A stretch of DNA of 62,829 nt, filler included, from Nemertoderma westbladi (GCA_032718475.1; 4 parts of 4 records of this genome joined end to end with filler, not necessarily neighbours in it); one strand, 5' to 3'; counted from the first letter of the whole stretch, positions 49,106-61,846 are shown. The notes: generated from the letters alone by a model not told the origin. Numbers and translations: made by a program.

Positions 49106-52100
49106 ATGAAAAATTACAGCAAAGAACGCTTTTTAAGTTTGTTAGTTAATTCTGACTGGGAACCCTGTTTTAAGGCCGCTGACATTAACCTTGCGTACAC
49201 TGTTTTTAAAGATATATTTGTAAAGGCACTTAATACTGTAGCACCAATTAAAGAAATTAGTCTTAAACAACGCACTGAGCCCTGGATGACCTCGGGTATT
49301 CTTAGTAATATCAGAGAAAGAGATAACTATTTGTATAAATTTAGGAAATACCGTGTTTTAGCTGATTATAATAATTACTGCAAATATAGAAACCTTGTTC
49401 AACGGGAAATAAAAAAAGCTAAATCTGAATATTTGTACAACAAAATAAGTGATAATAAAGATAATCCTATAAGTCTATGGTCTACCCTAAAATCTTTAGG
49501 TTATAAAAACCTTAAATCTAAATCGAATATTGTTCTGAAAGATAACGGTGAGCTGATTCATGATCATACTCTAGTTAGTAATTTATTTAATAATTATTTT
49601 ACTAATGTTGCCTCTAATTTAGTTAAGAAGTTACCGTTATCAAGTAATAAATATAGTATAGGGTCCGAAACTCTAAATAATTTTTATTTAGAAAAGTTAC
49701 AAAATTCAGAAAAGTTATTTTTAAAACCCGTTTCTGAGGATTTCGTTTTTCAAAATCTACTTAGCCTATCAGCCTCAAAAAGTACCGGTCTAGACCTAAT
49801 ACCTGCCCGTTTTCTTAAGGATGGTGCTGAAGTACTTAAAGTGCCTATTACTTTTATTATTAATTACTCTATCGTAGATAATGTAGTACCAGACGAACTG
49901 AAATTAGCTAAGGTTGTTGTTCCTCTGTATAAATAAAATTGTAAAGTAGAACCCTGTAATTACAGACCGATTAGTATCTTAAGTATTGTATCTAAAATTC
50001 TAGAACGTTCTGTTTTTCTACAGCTGGAAGCACATCTCAGTCCGGTTTTCGTAAATCATATTCTACAGACACCTGCCTGATTAACTTAACTGATACAATT
50101 AGATGTAATAACGCAAAGGGTTTACAGTATGTACTGGTATGGTAATGTTGGACCTACAAAAGGCTTTCGATACTGTAGATCATGAAATTATGCTTGGTAA
50201 GTTAGGCCTGATGGGTGTAGGTTCTATAGACTGGTTCAAGTCCTACCTGTCAGACAGAGGTCAAACTGTAGTCATTAGCAAATCGCAGTCTACTTTACAA
50301 GAGATTACCTGTGGTGTACCGCAAGATAGTATATTAGGTCCTCTGCTTTTAGTATGCTATGTAAATGATATGATAAGTAGTATAGATCCCGATTTTAAAC
50401 TCATTTTATATGCCGACGACAGTGCTCTTATTTTCTCTCATAAAGATCCTATCCATATTTCCCAAACGTTAAGTGCAGTTCTAGAATCCTGTAATGAGTG
50501 GTTGGTTGATAATAAGCTATCCATTCACTACGGTAAGACTGAAAGTATTTTGTTTGGTTCCAATAGAAAGTTAAAGAAGGTAACTAAGCTTTAAGTCACT
50601 AGTAATGGACATAAGATTGAAAATAAAAAGGAAGTTAAATATTTAGGCGCCACATTGGATAACTGCTTATCAGTAGAAAGCACAGCGAAAAATATTTTCT
50701 CGAAAGTTAATAGTAGGCTTAGGTTTCTATACAGAAATAACAATAGTTTAAACAACGACTCCCGCAAGTTACTTTGCTCTTCTTTAATACAGTGTCTCAT
50801 GGACTATGCATGCTCTTCTTGGTATGAAGGCTTAACCCTATTTAACCCGGGGGGGGGGGGGGGTCAATATGACCCCCCGGGTTTTTTCGGAAGAGGGTGC
50901 AAAATGTGGTGCTAGCACCAAATTTTGAAAACCATGAAATATATCAATTGATTGTGTCACCTTGTTTCTTGCGTTATACGGGTTTGTGAGGGTTCTGAAT
51001 TCAATGGAATCAGTAAAAATTTCATAAGAGTTTTCAAACTTGTATTTTTCGGCGGTGGGTGAAAATTGTTGTACCAGCACCAAATTTTTGAAAATAAGCA
51101 AATTGATCAGTAGATAGTATCATCTTGTTTCTTACGTTATACGGGTTTATGAGGATTCTGAATCCGATGGAATCAATAAAAACAGCACTGGACATCGCAA
51201 ACATGTACTTTTTGGTGATGGGTACGAAATTTGGTGCTAGCACCAAAATTTGCCAAGTTACGCCGAAAAATACAAGTAACAATAGTTTAAACACCGACTC
51301 CCGCAATTTACTTTGCTCTTCTTTAATACAGTGTCACATGGACTATGCATGCTCTTCTTGGTATGAAGGCTTAACCAAACAGCTTAAATGTAAATTACAA
51401 GTAGCTCAGAATAAAGTAGTACGATTTATTAAAGACTACAAACCTAGGCACCACCTAACTCCAGATGACTTTTCTGAATCTGGACTACTTAACTTAGATA
51501 GTAGAGTTAAGCAGCTACGCCTTAACCATGTGCATAAAGTGTATAATGGTAAATGTCCCAATTACCTAAAACACAAATTCAACAGAGTACGCGATACACA
51601 CTCTTACAGTACCAGAGCTAGTGCTTCAAACTTCTACCTCCCGAATTGTAAATCCTTCGAATCTGATACTTTCTTTTTTAACGGCATTAAAAATTGGAAC
51701 GATCTGCCTAATGAAATAAAAAACCTAAATAATCAACATTCTTTTAAATCTGCAGTTAAGTCTCACCTCCGTGTGCAATGTATAAATAGGTACAATAGTC
51801 CTACAGTAAGTTATTAGTTTATTAATTATTTACTATTTATACTGTAAATACGTTTTATAATAAATTGTTCTGTACATTACATCTTTATCGTTGAGTCGGG
51901 CATTGTCACGCTCTCGGTAAAGTTGTACATGTACATAGTGTAATTACGTTTTATATTGGTTTTAGGTTAGCGTAGTGTAATATTGTATTTGTAACCAAGT
52001 AACATAAAGGACCCCCTTGGAAATAAGCTGCAAAGCTTTAGGGGTAATCCTATATGTTATGTTGGACAATACCTTTATACCGGTACTTTGTTTGGTGTAT

Positions 52101-52135
52101 TTGTTATTGTTTTTACATAATGTATAAATAAATCT
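49106..52135 (+). mobile_element. Degenerate CR1/L2-group (Crack/Daphne-like) LINE ORF2 with 3' UTR
   Basis: [53 protein letters not shown]; 3' motif AGGACCCCCTTGGAAATAAG...TAATCCT; several frameshifts and stops. Confidence 0.88.
50836..51274. mobile_element. One-ended piggyBac-like MITE fragment inserted at TTAA within the LINE
   Basis: TTAA|CCCTATTTAACCCGGGGG... start; internal ~160-bp repeat; other end missing; flanked by a ~100-bp duplication of LINE sequence. Confidence 0.5.
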
Positions 52136-52149
52136 ATATATCATAGAAC

Positions 52150-53400
52150 ATTTTTTGTTAACCCAGAAGAAAAAATTATATTGCGCATTTGTTGATCTGA
52201 AGAAAGCATTCGATCTACTGTAGTTAGTAGATTGGCTCTATGGTTGAAATTGGTGCAACTAGGTGCACGTGGAAATAACTATTTACATACTTGTGTGTAA
52301 AGTAGCACTTTACGGTGTGATGATCCGAGTGGCTTTGTTACACGAACGAACGTTAGTGAGTGAGTGAAAATAAAGCCACGAGGATCAGAACACTGTAAAG
52401 TACTTTGCAACAAGTATGTATGTAGTTTTATTCCAAAATTTTAACATTACGAAATGATTGTACATATATCATAAGTGATAGAAACTGCACAAATTAAAAT
52501 AGTTGCTGTATAAATAAATGTAAAAATTACATAAAGTATGTTATAAATAAGTTAGCTTATATTTATGGTGGTGTTTGGGGCCATGTTAATTGTTTATAGC
52601 TACTGGTTATTAATAGCTATATCCCGCCTACCGGTAGTTAATGCAGTAGGCCTATCTGGCTGTCAGGCAAATACCACGTATTGTTTACGTGGTAACCAAT
52701 GACGGCGTTAAGTAATGTCCACTGAGGGGACATTACTTAACTACGAACACCAAAAACATTACTAAATGAACAGGCTGTAATGTCCTCTAAAGTTGTAAAG
52801 TGCTAAATAACAACTCGCTGTTAATACTAACGGCGTTGAGTAATGTCACAATTTTCGAATAAAGTGTTTAATATAATTAAGAATCTGTATAGCAGGGTAA
52901 AATCTTGTGTATCTTTTGTACGAGCAAACTGTGTACCTTATCAGAAATGTTTATAGTATCAAATTGTGTCAGACAAGGGGAGTGTTTATCCCCTCTGCTC
53001 TTTAGTATTTTTATAAATGATCTAGAAAATGATCTACAACATGGTGGTATAGAGGGTATCCCTGTTGGTACTCTGAAACTGTTTTTATTACTCTTTGCAG
53101 ATGATATTGTTATAGTGGTGGAATCTGCGTCGGCTTTACAGCAATCTTTAGTAATTCTTGAACATTATTGTAAATATTGGTGTCTCGAAGTAAACTTAGA
53201 TAAATCAAACGTGGTGGTGTTTGGAAACGGAGGACGAATATCAACTGGTCAGTTTTACTACAATAGAAAGGTGATGCCCAACAACCAGTACACATATCTA
53301 GGTATTATGGTATTATTTTTTCGGGGACTGGTAAATTTTGCAAGGCGCAGAGTAATATAGCAGAACGGGGTAACAGAGCATATTTTTTATTATTAAAATA
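52150..53400 (+). mobile_element. Old LINE RT fragment (RTEX/CR1-like), interrupted by an insertion at ~52285-52860
   Basis: LYCAFVDLKKAFD at ~52176 and VRQGECLSPLLFSIFINDL...LLFADD...YTYLG at 52905-53360. Confidence 0.75.
52285..52430. mobile_element. Crypton-like terminal motif/hairpin region
   Basis: CGAGTGGCTTTG...ACGAACGAACGTTAGTGAGTGAGTG...AAAGCCACGAG; the same core motif occurs at ~31581-31603. Family assignment from memory. Confidence 0.3.
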
Positions 53401-53544
53401 TAGAACCAACCGCTCTACTCTTTTTTTGGAGGTTTCTACCCTGTAGGTTTTGGAGGAGTCTGTAGGTTTATTATTAGTATTATTTTCAGTAACTAATAAT
53501 ACATTTCAGAAAAAAATAAGTATTAAGTAAATGACTAATAAATT

Positions 53545-54850
53545 TCAGTAATAATATTCTATTGATCCCACAGAATCAAACAGCACCATTTGAACCGCAA
53601 GTTCGAACCGCCATTTAGTTGGAGTAGAAACCTCCAAAAAAAGAAAAGAGCGGTTAGTTCTCGACTTTAAACTAAGACAAGAGCCCACAAGTTTGGCGAA
53701 GTACCACTTGATCCAGTGGTGCGCCGTGTGCTCAAATTCTCCAGGAGAACTTCCAGGAGGATCGAAGCTTCGAAAACAGGCGCCAAAACTGACAATCGTA
53801 TTATCACGCACTTTCAACGCACCCCGTAAAGCAGGAGAGTCAATAGTAGAAAGTTCAATACCAATATCTGCTGGTGATTGTCCATAAAGGAAACTTGATG
53901 GGGTTGTCTCTGGGTCATCAGATATAATAGTTAAGGGTCGGAGGTTAACAATAGCCTCAATTTCACATAATACAGCTTCTAATTGATGCGTGGTCAACTT
54001 AACTTTCCGACATACAGAACGTAGGGAGAATTTCATAATACTGATAAGGCATTCGTAGAAGCCATCCCATTCTGGGATCCGAGCGGGAATAAAACTCCAA
54101 TCGATTGAGTTGGCGCATCACTAATAATTTGCGAAGTGTTCTGTATTATCTGAGTGGATCTCTGTTTTGATCAACTTTTGGTCGAACTAGGCGACCCAAT
54201 GACTTTCAGATAGATATAAGAGTGGTTGGAGCTTTCATATCGCTATCCTTCAGATAGAGAGGGCAAAATAAGTCAATGCCCAAAGTTCTGAAAGGAGTAA
54301 TTGGTAGAGTCCGAAATGGTTTCAATGCTGACTCTGCGCTATTGTATGGAAGTACCCGATATCTATGACAACTAGGACAATTAAATATTATCTTTCTTAC
54401 CAGTGGACGGCCTCGAGGAAACCAAAAGCGAGAGTGAATTTTACCAAGGGTGCTATCATACCCTAGATGACCTAATATGATATGGGTTGGGTATGCATCA
54501 CCACTAAATAAGTTAAATGGCTCTTAGAAGGAAGCAATGGTAGGTTGCTGGCAACACGGGATCTTGGCACAATGACTAATAAACCATTAAAAACATGAGG
54601 ATGAAACCTCCACATGGGTGATGATTTGGTCAATGGCTGATCACCATAGGACAATACTGTAACTGGAGTTTGGAGCTAAAATATTGATGTTGATCGGCTG
54701 AAATCAAAACTTCCAATGCCGAGGTACACTCTTCATTACTTAATGGATCACTGGAAGGGGATCGAATATGGCGACAGTTCTGAAGAAATCGCAATACAAA
54801 ATCAATCACATTTATCAACTTTACTAACGATGAAACTTCTTTAAAGGAAC
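53545..54850 (-). mobile_element. BEL/Pao LTR retrotransposon integrase-region remnant
   Basis: LEAVLCEIEAIVNLRPLT, WSFIPARIPEWDGFYE, PFRTLGIDLFCP, VIDFVLRFLQNCR; many stops and frameshifts. Confidence 0.85.
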
Positions 54851-55123
54851 AGGAAACTCAATATCGTTGATCGTTGGCTCATCAGTAACCACTAACTGGG
54901 ATAATGCCTACAGGTGTAGGCATCGACAGAATGAATGAGTTACTGTTAGTCCTACCTCAGCGTGAACGTGCTGTTCAATCGTACTGTAAGTGTAAGAATA
55001 ATTTTACTTTATTTCACATCGTGACACAGGATATAGCACCCCATAATCCATCACTCAATTCTCTTTATTTCACGGCGTATTTCACTCCGAAATGAAAATA
55101 CAACTGATTGATTTCAATATTAA

Positions 55124-57759
55124 GGGGGGGGTACACCCCCCCTGGGTCAAAATTTTCAAAATTTTGTTTTTTATTTCACTTAGAGCAGAATTTAATGAGG
55201 ATTTCAAATCTGAAAACGGCTTAGCGATATCTCTTTTAGTTCTGGAGTTATAGCCGTTTGTCCGTTCATATGTCTGTCATTCTGTCCAACAATATATAAG
55301 AAACCATATGACGTACTCATATTTTCGTTTTGGCAGTTGTTATTGGCGTTGGCTTCATTTCCGAAGTTAGTTTTGATGTTTGGTGGAATCAAGTCCATCT
55401 ATCTGTCTTCCTGCCTGGTTGTCTGTTCGTGTGTCTGTCTGTCTGTTTGTGTGTCAGTCTGTCCATCAATTTATAATAAAATACACCACCTAGCTGAAGT
55501 TTTCGATATGGGGGTTTTCCTAGTCAGTGATTCCATTTCCAATGTCAGTTGTAATGTTTTGTGAAATGTAGTTGGTCTGTCTGTAGGTTTGATAGGTAGG
55601 GCAGACAACCGACAGAAAGATATGCAGACTCCCAAGATTCCATCGAATATGAAAATTTCCATCGAAACATGACCTTCTAAACAAGTTATTGATGTTTAGA
55701 AGGCCATGCATCGAAATGAAACAGCCAAGTTTTCATGTTTGATAGAATCTTTTTTTTAGAAAATTTTGGCGAGGTTGCGTGCTTTCTTATGTTTTGACAT
55801 ATAGACCTGTAAACTGACATAAAGACGGACAGACAGACCAACCGACAATGTGAAGTCAGAAATAAAAACTGAGATCGGAAATGAAATCGGCGACCTGGAA
55901 AACCCCTGTAACAAAAATTTTGGCGAGGTTGCGTGCTTTCTTATGTTTTGACATATAGACCTATAAACTGACATAAAGACGGACAGACAGACCAACCGAC
56001 AATGTGAAGTCAGAAATAAAAACTGAGATCGGAAATGAAATCGGCGACCTGGAAAACCCCTGTAACAAAAATTTTGGCGAGGTTGCGTGCTTTCTTATGT
56101 TTTGACATATAGACCTATAAACTGACATAAAGACGGACAGACAGACCAACCGACAATGTGAAGTCAGAAATAAAAACTGAGATCGGAAATGAAATCGGCG
56201 ACCTGGAAAACCCCTGTAACAAAAATTTTGGCGAGGTTGCGTGCTTTCTTATGTTTTGACATATAGACCTATAAACTGACATAAAGACGGACAGACAGAC
56301 CAACCGACAATGTGAAGTCAGAAATAAAAACTGAGATCGGAAATGAAATCGGCGACCTGGAAAACCCCTGTAACAAAAATTTTGGCGAGGTTGCGTGCTT
56401 TCTTATGTTTTGACATATAGACCTATAAACTGACATAAAGACGGACAGACAGACCAACCGACAATGTGAAGTCAGAAATAAAAACTGAGATCGGAAATGA
56501 AATCGGCGACCTGGAAAACCCCTGTAACAAAAATTTTGGCGAGGTTGCGTGCTTTCTTATGTTTTGACATATAGACCTATAAACTGACATAAAGACGGAC
56601 AGACAGACCAACCGACAATGTGAAGTCAGAAATAAAAACTGAGATCGGAAATGAAATCGGCGACCTGGAAAACCCCTGTAACAAAAATTTTGGCGAGGTT
56701 GCGTGCTTTCTTATGTTTTGACATATAGACCTATAAACTGACATAAAGACGGACAGACAGACCAACCGACAATGTGAAGTCAGAAATAAAAACTGAGATC
56801 GGAAATGAAATCGGCGACCTGGAAAACCCCTGTAACAAAAATTTTGGCGAGGTTGCGTGCTTTCTTATGTTTTGACATATAGACCTATAAACTGACATAA
56901 AGACGGACAGACAGACCAACCGACAATGTGAAGTCAGAAATAAAAACTGAGATCGGAAATGAAATCGGCGACCTGGAAAACCCCTGTAACAAAAATTTTG
57001 GCCAGGTTGCGTGCTTTCTTATGTTTTGACATATAGACCTATAAACTGACATAAAGACGGACAGACAGACAGACCGACAATGTGAAGTCAGAAATAAAAA
57101 GTGAGATTGGAAATGAAATCAGCGACCTGGAAAACCCCCATAACGAAAATTTTAGTGAGGCGGCGTGCTTCCTTATTTAGAGACATAAATTTGACAGACA
57201 GACAGACAGAAAAACAGAAATAGACACCAGAAAGTTTAATTGCGTTTTTCTCAACTTTATAATTTTGCACTAAAATAGCTTTTATTCAGCCATTTCTTGG
57301 CGAAATTTAAAAATTTTTTTTTTCCCTGAAAGGTCCCACGGAGACGCAACTTTCCATAAGAGGAATTTTTAAAATTTGGCCTATTTCGTCTTTTATGGTA
57401 CTTGGAGCTCCTACAACACCTAAAAATTTATTAATATACACGTGTACTGCGACCTAGAGCAGATATCAAAAAATCCTCTTATGGAATTTTAAAGTTACTC
57501 AAGGTGATTATAGCGCAAAAAAATTTTTTGAAAAATATTGGGAATTGGTGGAGAAATTTCGTTTCAAAAAATGTATCTCTATTTTTGTGATTATTGCTGT
57601 GGCGCCCCCTAGCGGCCAAAATTGTTGATTTTTTTTATTTCAGTTAAAACCAGTTTTTATTCCTCTATCCGATGATATATAGAGGTATGGCGTGCCGCCT
57701 ATATTTTTGAAGATATATAACATTATAAAAATGTTGGTATTGGGGGGTGTACCCCCCCC
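55124..57759. mobile_element. Kolobok-like non-autonomous DNA transposon with TTAA TSD
   Basis: TTAA|GGGGGGGGTACACCCCCC ... GGGGGGTGTACCCCCCCC|TTAA; RR...YY termini; internal 154-bp array; CTCF-like motif at 57601-57617. Confidence 0.85.
55761..57210. repeat. 154-bp tandem array, ~9.5 copies, inside the Kolobok-like element
   Basis: Identical ORFs recur every 154 bp (55961, 56115 ... 56731); inner copies near-identical, last copy diverged. Confidence 0.97.
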
Positions 57760-58367
57760 TTAAAACTGATTGAAATTAAACAATAATTGAATGAATACAC
57801 AAATTCACTTGTGATTCCATACTCTACCCAAAATCTATCCTACAATAAAACATATTATCTTATCTTATGCTAATACAGCATAGACGTCTAGACTATAATA
57901 GTCTAGAAGTCTATAATATAATATTATGCAAATGCGACAACCTACATTGTGTGTCTATACGCAGTGCATTATATATACTCAACAAAGTAACAAAGTGCTA
58001 ACATTGAATTCTTTGAATAGAGCGGTAATGGCAATCAATAGCAAACAACACCGGCAGAAGTATAAAACACAGAGATGAAATATATTTCATCCATTAGTTA
58101 TATTTCCTTAAAGAGAAAAATATATATTGTCGACAACTTGATAAGATTACAGTTCTCATCTCAAAAAATCGGATAAAGCGTTTAAACTCTCGCAATTTAA
58201 AAGGTCTCGTACTCGTACTACAGTACTGTACCACGTACCCAATGTGTGTAGGCCTACTGCCTAAATGTAACTGTTACCTCTACCAAACTAAATTTAAGCC
58301 GAATATTCAGCATCTAATGTCCCACGATATTTTATTTCCTCATTGGATCTAAAGTATCGTTTTTAAT

Positions 58368-59519
58368 GGATCTAGGACACTTGCCCCCCGGACACTTGCC
58401 CCCCAGTTAAAGTGTTAAAATTAATCTGGGTGCATCAAAGCAATAAACAAAAGTTAAAGATGGTTACAGGACAAGTTGTATCTAGACAAGTTTTTTCAAA
58501 ATTATAAAAGAAACATTTTTATAGTCAAATTTTGTTTGTTTTTCTTTTAATTGGGGGCTGCCGCCCCCAAACCCCCGCTTCTTTTGTTGGAGGCTGCCGC
58601 CCCCAAACCCCTGCTTCTATTCTTGGGGGCTGCCGCCCCCAAACCCCCGCTTCTTTTCTTGGGGGCTGCCGCCCCCCAAACCCCCGCTTCTTTTGTTCGG
58701 GGCTGCTGCCCCCAAACCCCGGCATTTCCCTGTGTGCCCGTGGTGAAAGACTTTGAGACCGTTTTGAAATAATCAATTCATGTTTGTATCATCAGATAAT
58801 AAATTGACTAAGCCTAAAGTAGGAGCTGTATTGAATGTTAACCAAATTAATATATAAATTACTACAATATTATATAATTCAACAAAATCCTATTAAAAAT
58901 ATTGCAAGTAACCAGGAAATTTAATATGTAGTGTGTATAATATCTATATAGTATGTATAGTAATATATGTATATCAATAAGTAATTCTGAACACAGAATA
59001 CATGTCGACGCATGTCGATTTTACACTGGAGAGGTATAATTTTGATTGCAACAATAATATTCATCCCCATCTGATACAATTTGAAGAAGACTATTACATA
59101 ATAATACCTATAATTAAAACAATTAATTATTATAATTCTATAGTTAATAAAAACAGTATATCATTCGGGGGATGGAATTTATAGGTCATCTAATTAATTG
59201 TTTAAAGATTAGCAAACAATACGATGTAATTGCATTGATAAAACCCATAAATAAAACTTGGATATAAAATGTAAAATCGGGATGCAAAAGATCACTTTCT
59301 GAGCTACGAAAGGAAATTTGGATACAACTTGTCTGGATACAAGCGGTCCGTTTACCTTACAAAATGAAAAATACGAATGTGCGAAGTTAAGAACAGTCGG
59401 GGGGGGGAAGTGTCCGGGGGGGAAGTGTCTGGGGGGGAAGTGTCCGGGGGGGAAGTGTCCTACTTGAACGGGGGGAACTGTCCGGGGGGGGGGTGTCCGG
59501 GGGGAAGTGTCCGAACACC
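58368..59519 (+). mobile_element. Mutator-like MITE with 9-bp TSD
   Basis: GTTTTTAAT|GGATCTAGGACAC...GTGTCCGAACACC|GTTTTTAAT; subterminal GGACACTTxCCCCC repeats; internal ~36-bp repeats at 58550-58725. Confidence 0.85.
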
Positions 59520-59546
59520 GTTTTTAATTACCCAAAGTGGCGCAAT

Positions 59547-60292
59547 TAATTGTAGCAGATGGGGATGAATATTATTGTTGCAATCAAAATTATACCTCTC
59601 CAGGGTAAAATCGACATGCGTCGACCTGTATTCTGTATTCAGCATTACATATTGATATACATATTACTACTATACATACTATATAGATATTATACAGACT
59701 ACATATTAAATTTCCTGGTTACTTGCAATATTTTTAATAGGATTTTGTTGAATTATATAATATTGTAGTAATTTATATATTAAATTGGTTAACATTCAAT
59801 ACAGCTCATACTTTAGGCTTAGTCAATATATTATCTGATGATACAAACATGAATTAATTATTTCAAAATGGTCTTAAGTCTTTCACCACGGGCACTCAGG
59901 GAAATGCCGGGGTCTGGGGGCGATAACCTCCAAGAAAAGAAGCGGGGGTTTGGGGGCGGCAGCCCTCAAGAAAAGAAGCGGGGGTTTGGGGGCGGCAACC
60001 CCCTAGAAAAGAAGCGGGGGTTTGGGGGCGGCAGCCCCCCATTAAAGAAATTAAAAGAATTAAAGGATTTAAAAGAAAAACAAACAAAATTTGACTATAA
60101 AAATGTTTCTTTTATAATTTTGAAAAAACTTGTCTAGATACAACTTGTCCTGTAACCATCTTTAACTTTTGTTTATTGCTTTGATGCACCCAGATTAATT
60201 TTAACACTTTAAATGGGGGGGGGAAGTGTCCGGGGGGGAAGTGTCCTACTTGGGCGTGGGGGAAGTGTCCGGGGGGGAAGTGTCCTAGATCC
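59547..60292 (-). mobile_element. Inverted, truncated second copy of the Mutator-like MITE
   Basis: Reverse complement of 58368-59080, ending GTGTCCTAGATCC. Confidence 0.85.
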
Positions 60293-60974
60293 CCTGAGCC
60301 AGCTATGATTGGCGAGATAGTTAGGCCTAGCCCCTTGTAGGACACTACACAGGTTGTCAGCGGTAGACAAGGGGGATAGTTGTTACCAACATAAACAAAT
60401 TTAATTCTACAATTTAGAAAACTTTGAAAGTAATTCTTGCAGGATTCCCCAGATACCATAGGAGTTTATCATAAAGGTTAGTATCGGTAACCAATAGTGT
60501 CGAGGACCTTTTTTTAGATGGATATAACACACAATAGCATTTGTTTTGTTTTTGGACTAAGTATTTGTTCATGTTTTCTACAAATGATAGCAAAGCTTGA
60601 GATATAGTAGATTTCTGTGGATATCGGTGGTGTGCTTTTCATTTTGTATGCAGTGTATTTTTATATTATCTGTGACAGAATAATAAAAAGAAATAGGCGA
60701 GTTTAAAAAAAAGATTTTGGGAGAAAGCCGAATTTATAATTGGACAGTAGTCCGTATGGACTATCTCCAAACTCCAAGGCGTCGGTACTCAGGTACGATT
60801 TGAACGGATTTACGTGTGTCAGGGTGCAAGCCTTGAGTCCATCCTGGAATGTGGTGTAATAATTCAAGGATACTCAGATAGGGTTCGGTAGTACAGTACT
60901 TTAGCTACTGAGGGATATGGGGATAAGATCCTCATATGGTTGGTTTTCTTCCTTTCAGTGTCCAGTTGCAAGCA

Positions 60975-61660
60975 TCTAATAATGGTCTGTTTAGCACTCC
61001 TGTTTTCCATACCTATGTAGGGATTTTATCTAACCCACTCGCTTTTTAATTAGATATGCTAAATGCTTTTCTGGAGTTCGGGAGGTGTGAAATCCTCGGT
61101 TTCTATAGGTAGCGTCTTTTTCAGTATTTTCCTTGTAGGGACTGACCTTGATGCTTGGTGGCGGAAAGTTGCTGAAGTGACATTTACTTCTCCCAACACG
61201 TTCTTTTTCTTTAGCATTCACAACCTTGTTGATGCTTTTGGTTTACTGTTTACGTTTGGGTTTCTGGGAATGTGTCAATTGGCTGCTTCCTTTATGGGCT
61301 TTTATTATATTTTAACTTTTTGTTGGGCACAGCCTCTGCAAAGTCGGCAATGACGTCTAGGTGGGATCGAACTGGTAATGTCCGGGTTGGAAGTCTGACG
61401 CTCAAACCATCCAGCTAGCGGCCCAGGTAAAAGATAGACCCGGAAATACTATCTGAGACTTTGCAGGTCCGCAAATCGCCTCCTCACGGCCTCCCATCCG
61501 ACAGTACCACCATATGCAGCCACTGTGCTCAACTCATCACTTGGCCGTCTTCAACCACTGCACTCGCCACAATGAAAGGTCAGTTCTGAGTTTCTCCCAG
61601 TCAAAGTTGAGTCCCTTGCTTGCCCCGTGTTTGCTGGCTCTGAAACACCTACAGTTACGA
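60975..61660 (-). mobile_element. Old degenerate RTE fragment related to 38815-40950, split by a SINE-like insertion
   Basis: AATGGTCTGTTTAGCACTCCTGTTTTCCATACCT matches 40204-40237; FRASK...FDWEKLRTD matches 40886-40948. Confidence 0.75.
61312..61570 (-). mobile_element. Composite SINE-like element: 5S-rRNA-like segment followed by tRNA-like segment and A-rich tail
   Basis: Minus strand: GAGTTGAGCACAGTGG...GGTACTGTCGGATGGGAGGCC (5S A/IE/C-box-like), then GGGCCGCTAGCTGGATGG...CTTCCAA...CAGTTCGATCCC (tRNA A/B boxes, TCC loop). Confidence 0.55.
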
Positions 61661-61846
61661 TTCTGTGGTCTGAACCTATTAGGTTGAACTATTAGCCTTG
61701 CAGTTAATCCTGCTATCCATCCACTTTTTGTTGTTAAGGATGGGTACTTCTGCAGTATACCCCCACACCTTGATATATGTTTTATCACTTTCCTTTACTA
61801 CCACTATGGTGACTAGATTCTAGAACACAATAATTATTGTGGCAAA

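Noticed and set aside
55756-56919. Seven near-identical 62-79 aa ORFs
   Set aside because: By-product of the 154-bp array; non-ATG starts and no protein features.
61356-61427. Possible tRNA-Gly(TCC) gene
   Set aside because: Acceptor, anticodon and T stems do not pair properly; better explained as part of a SINE.
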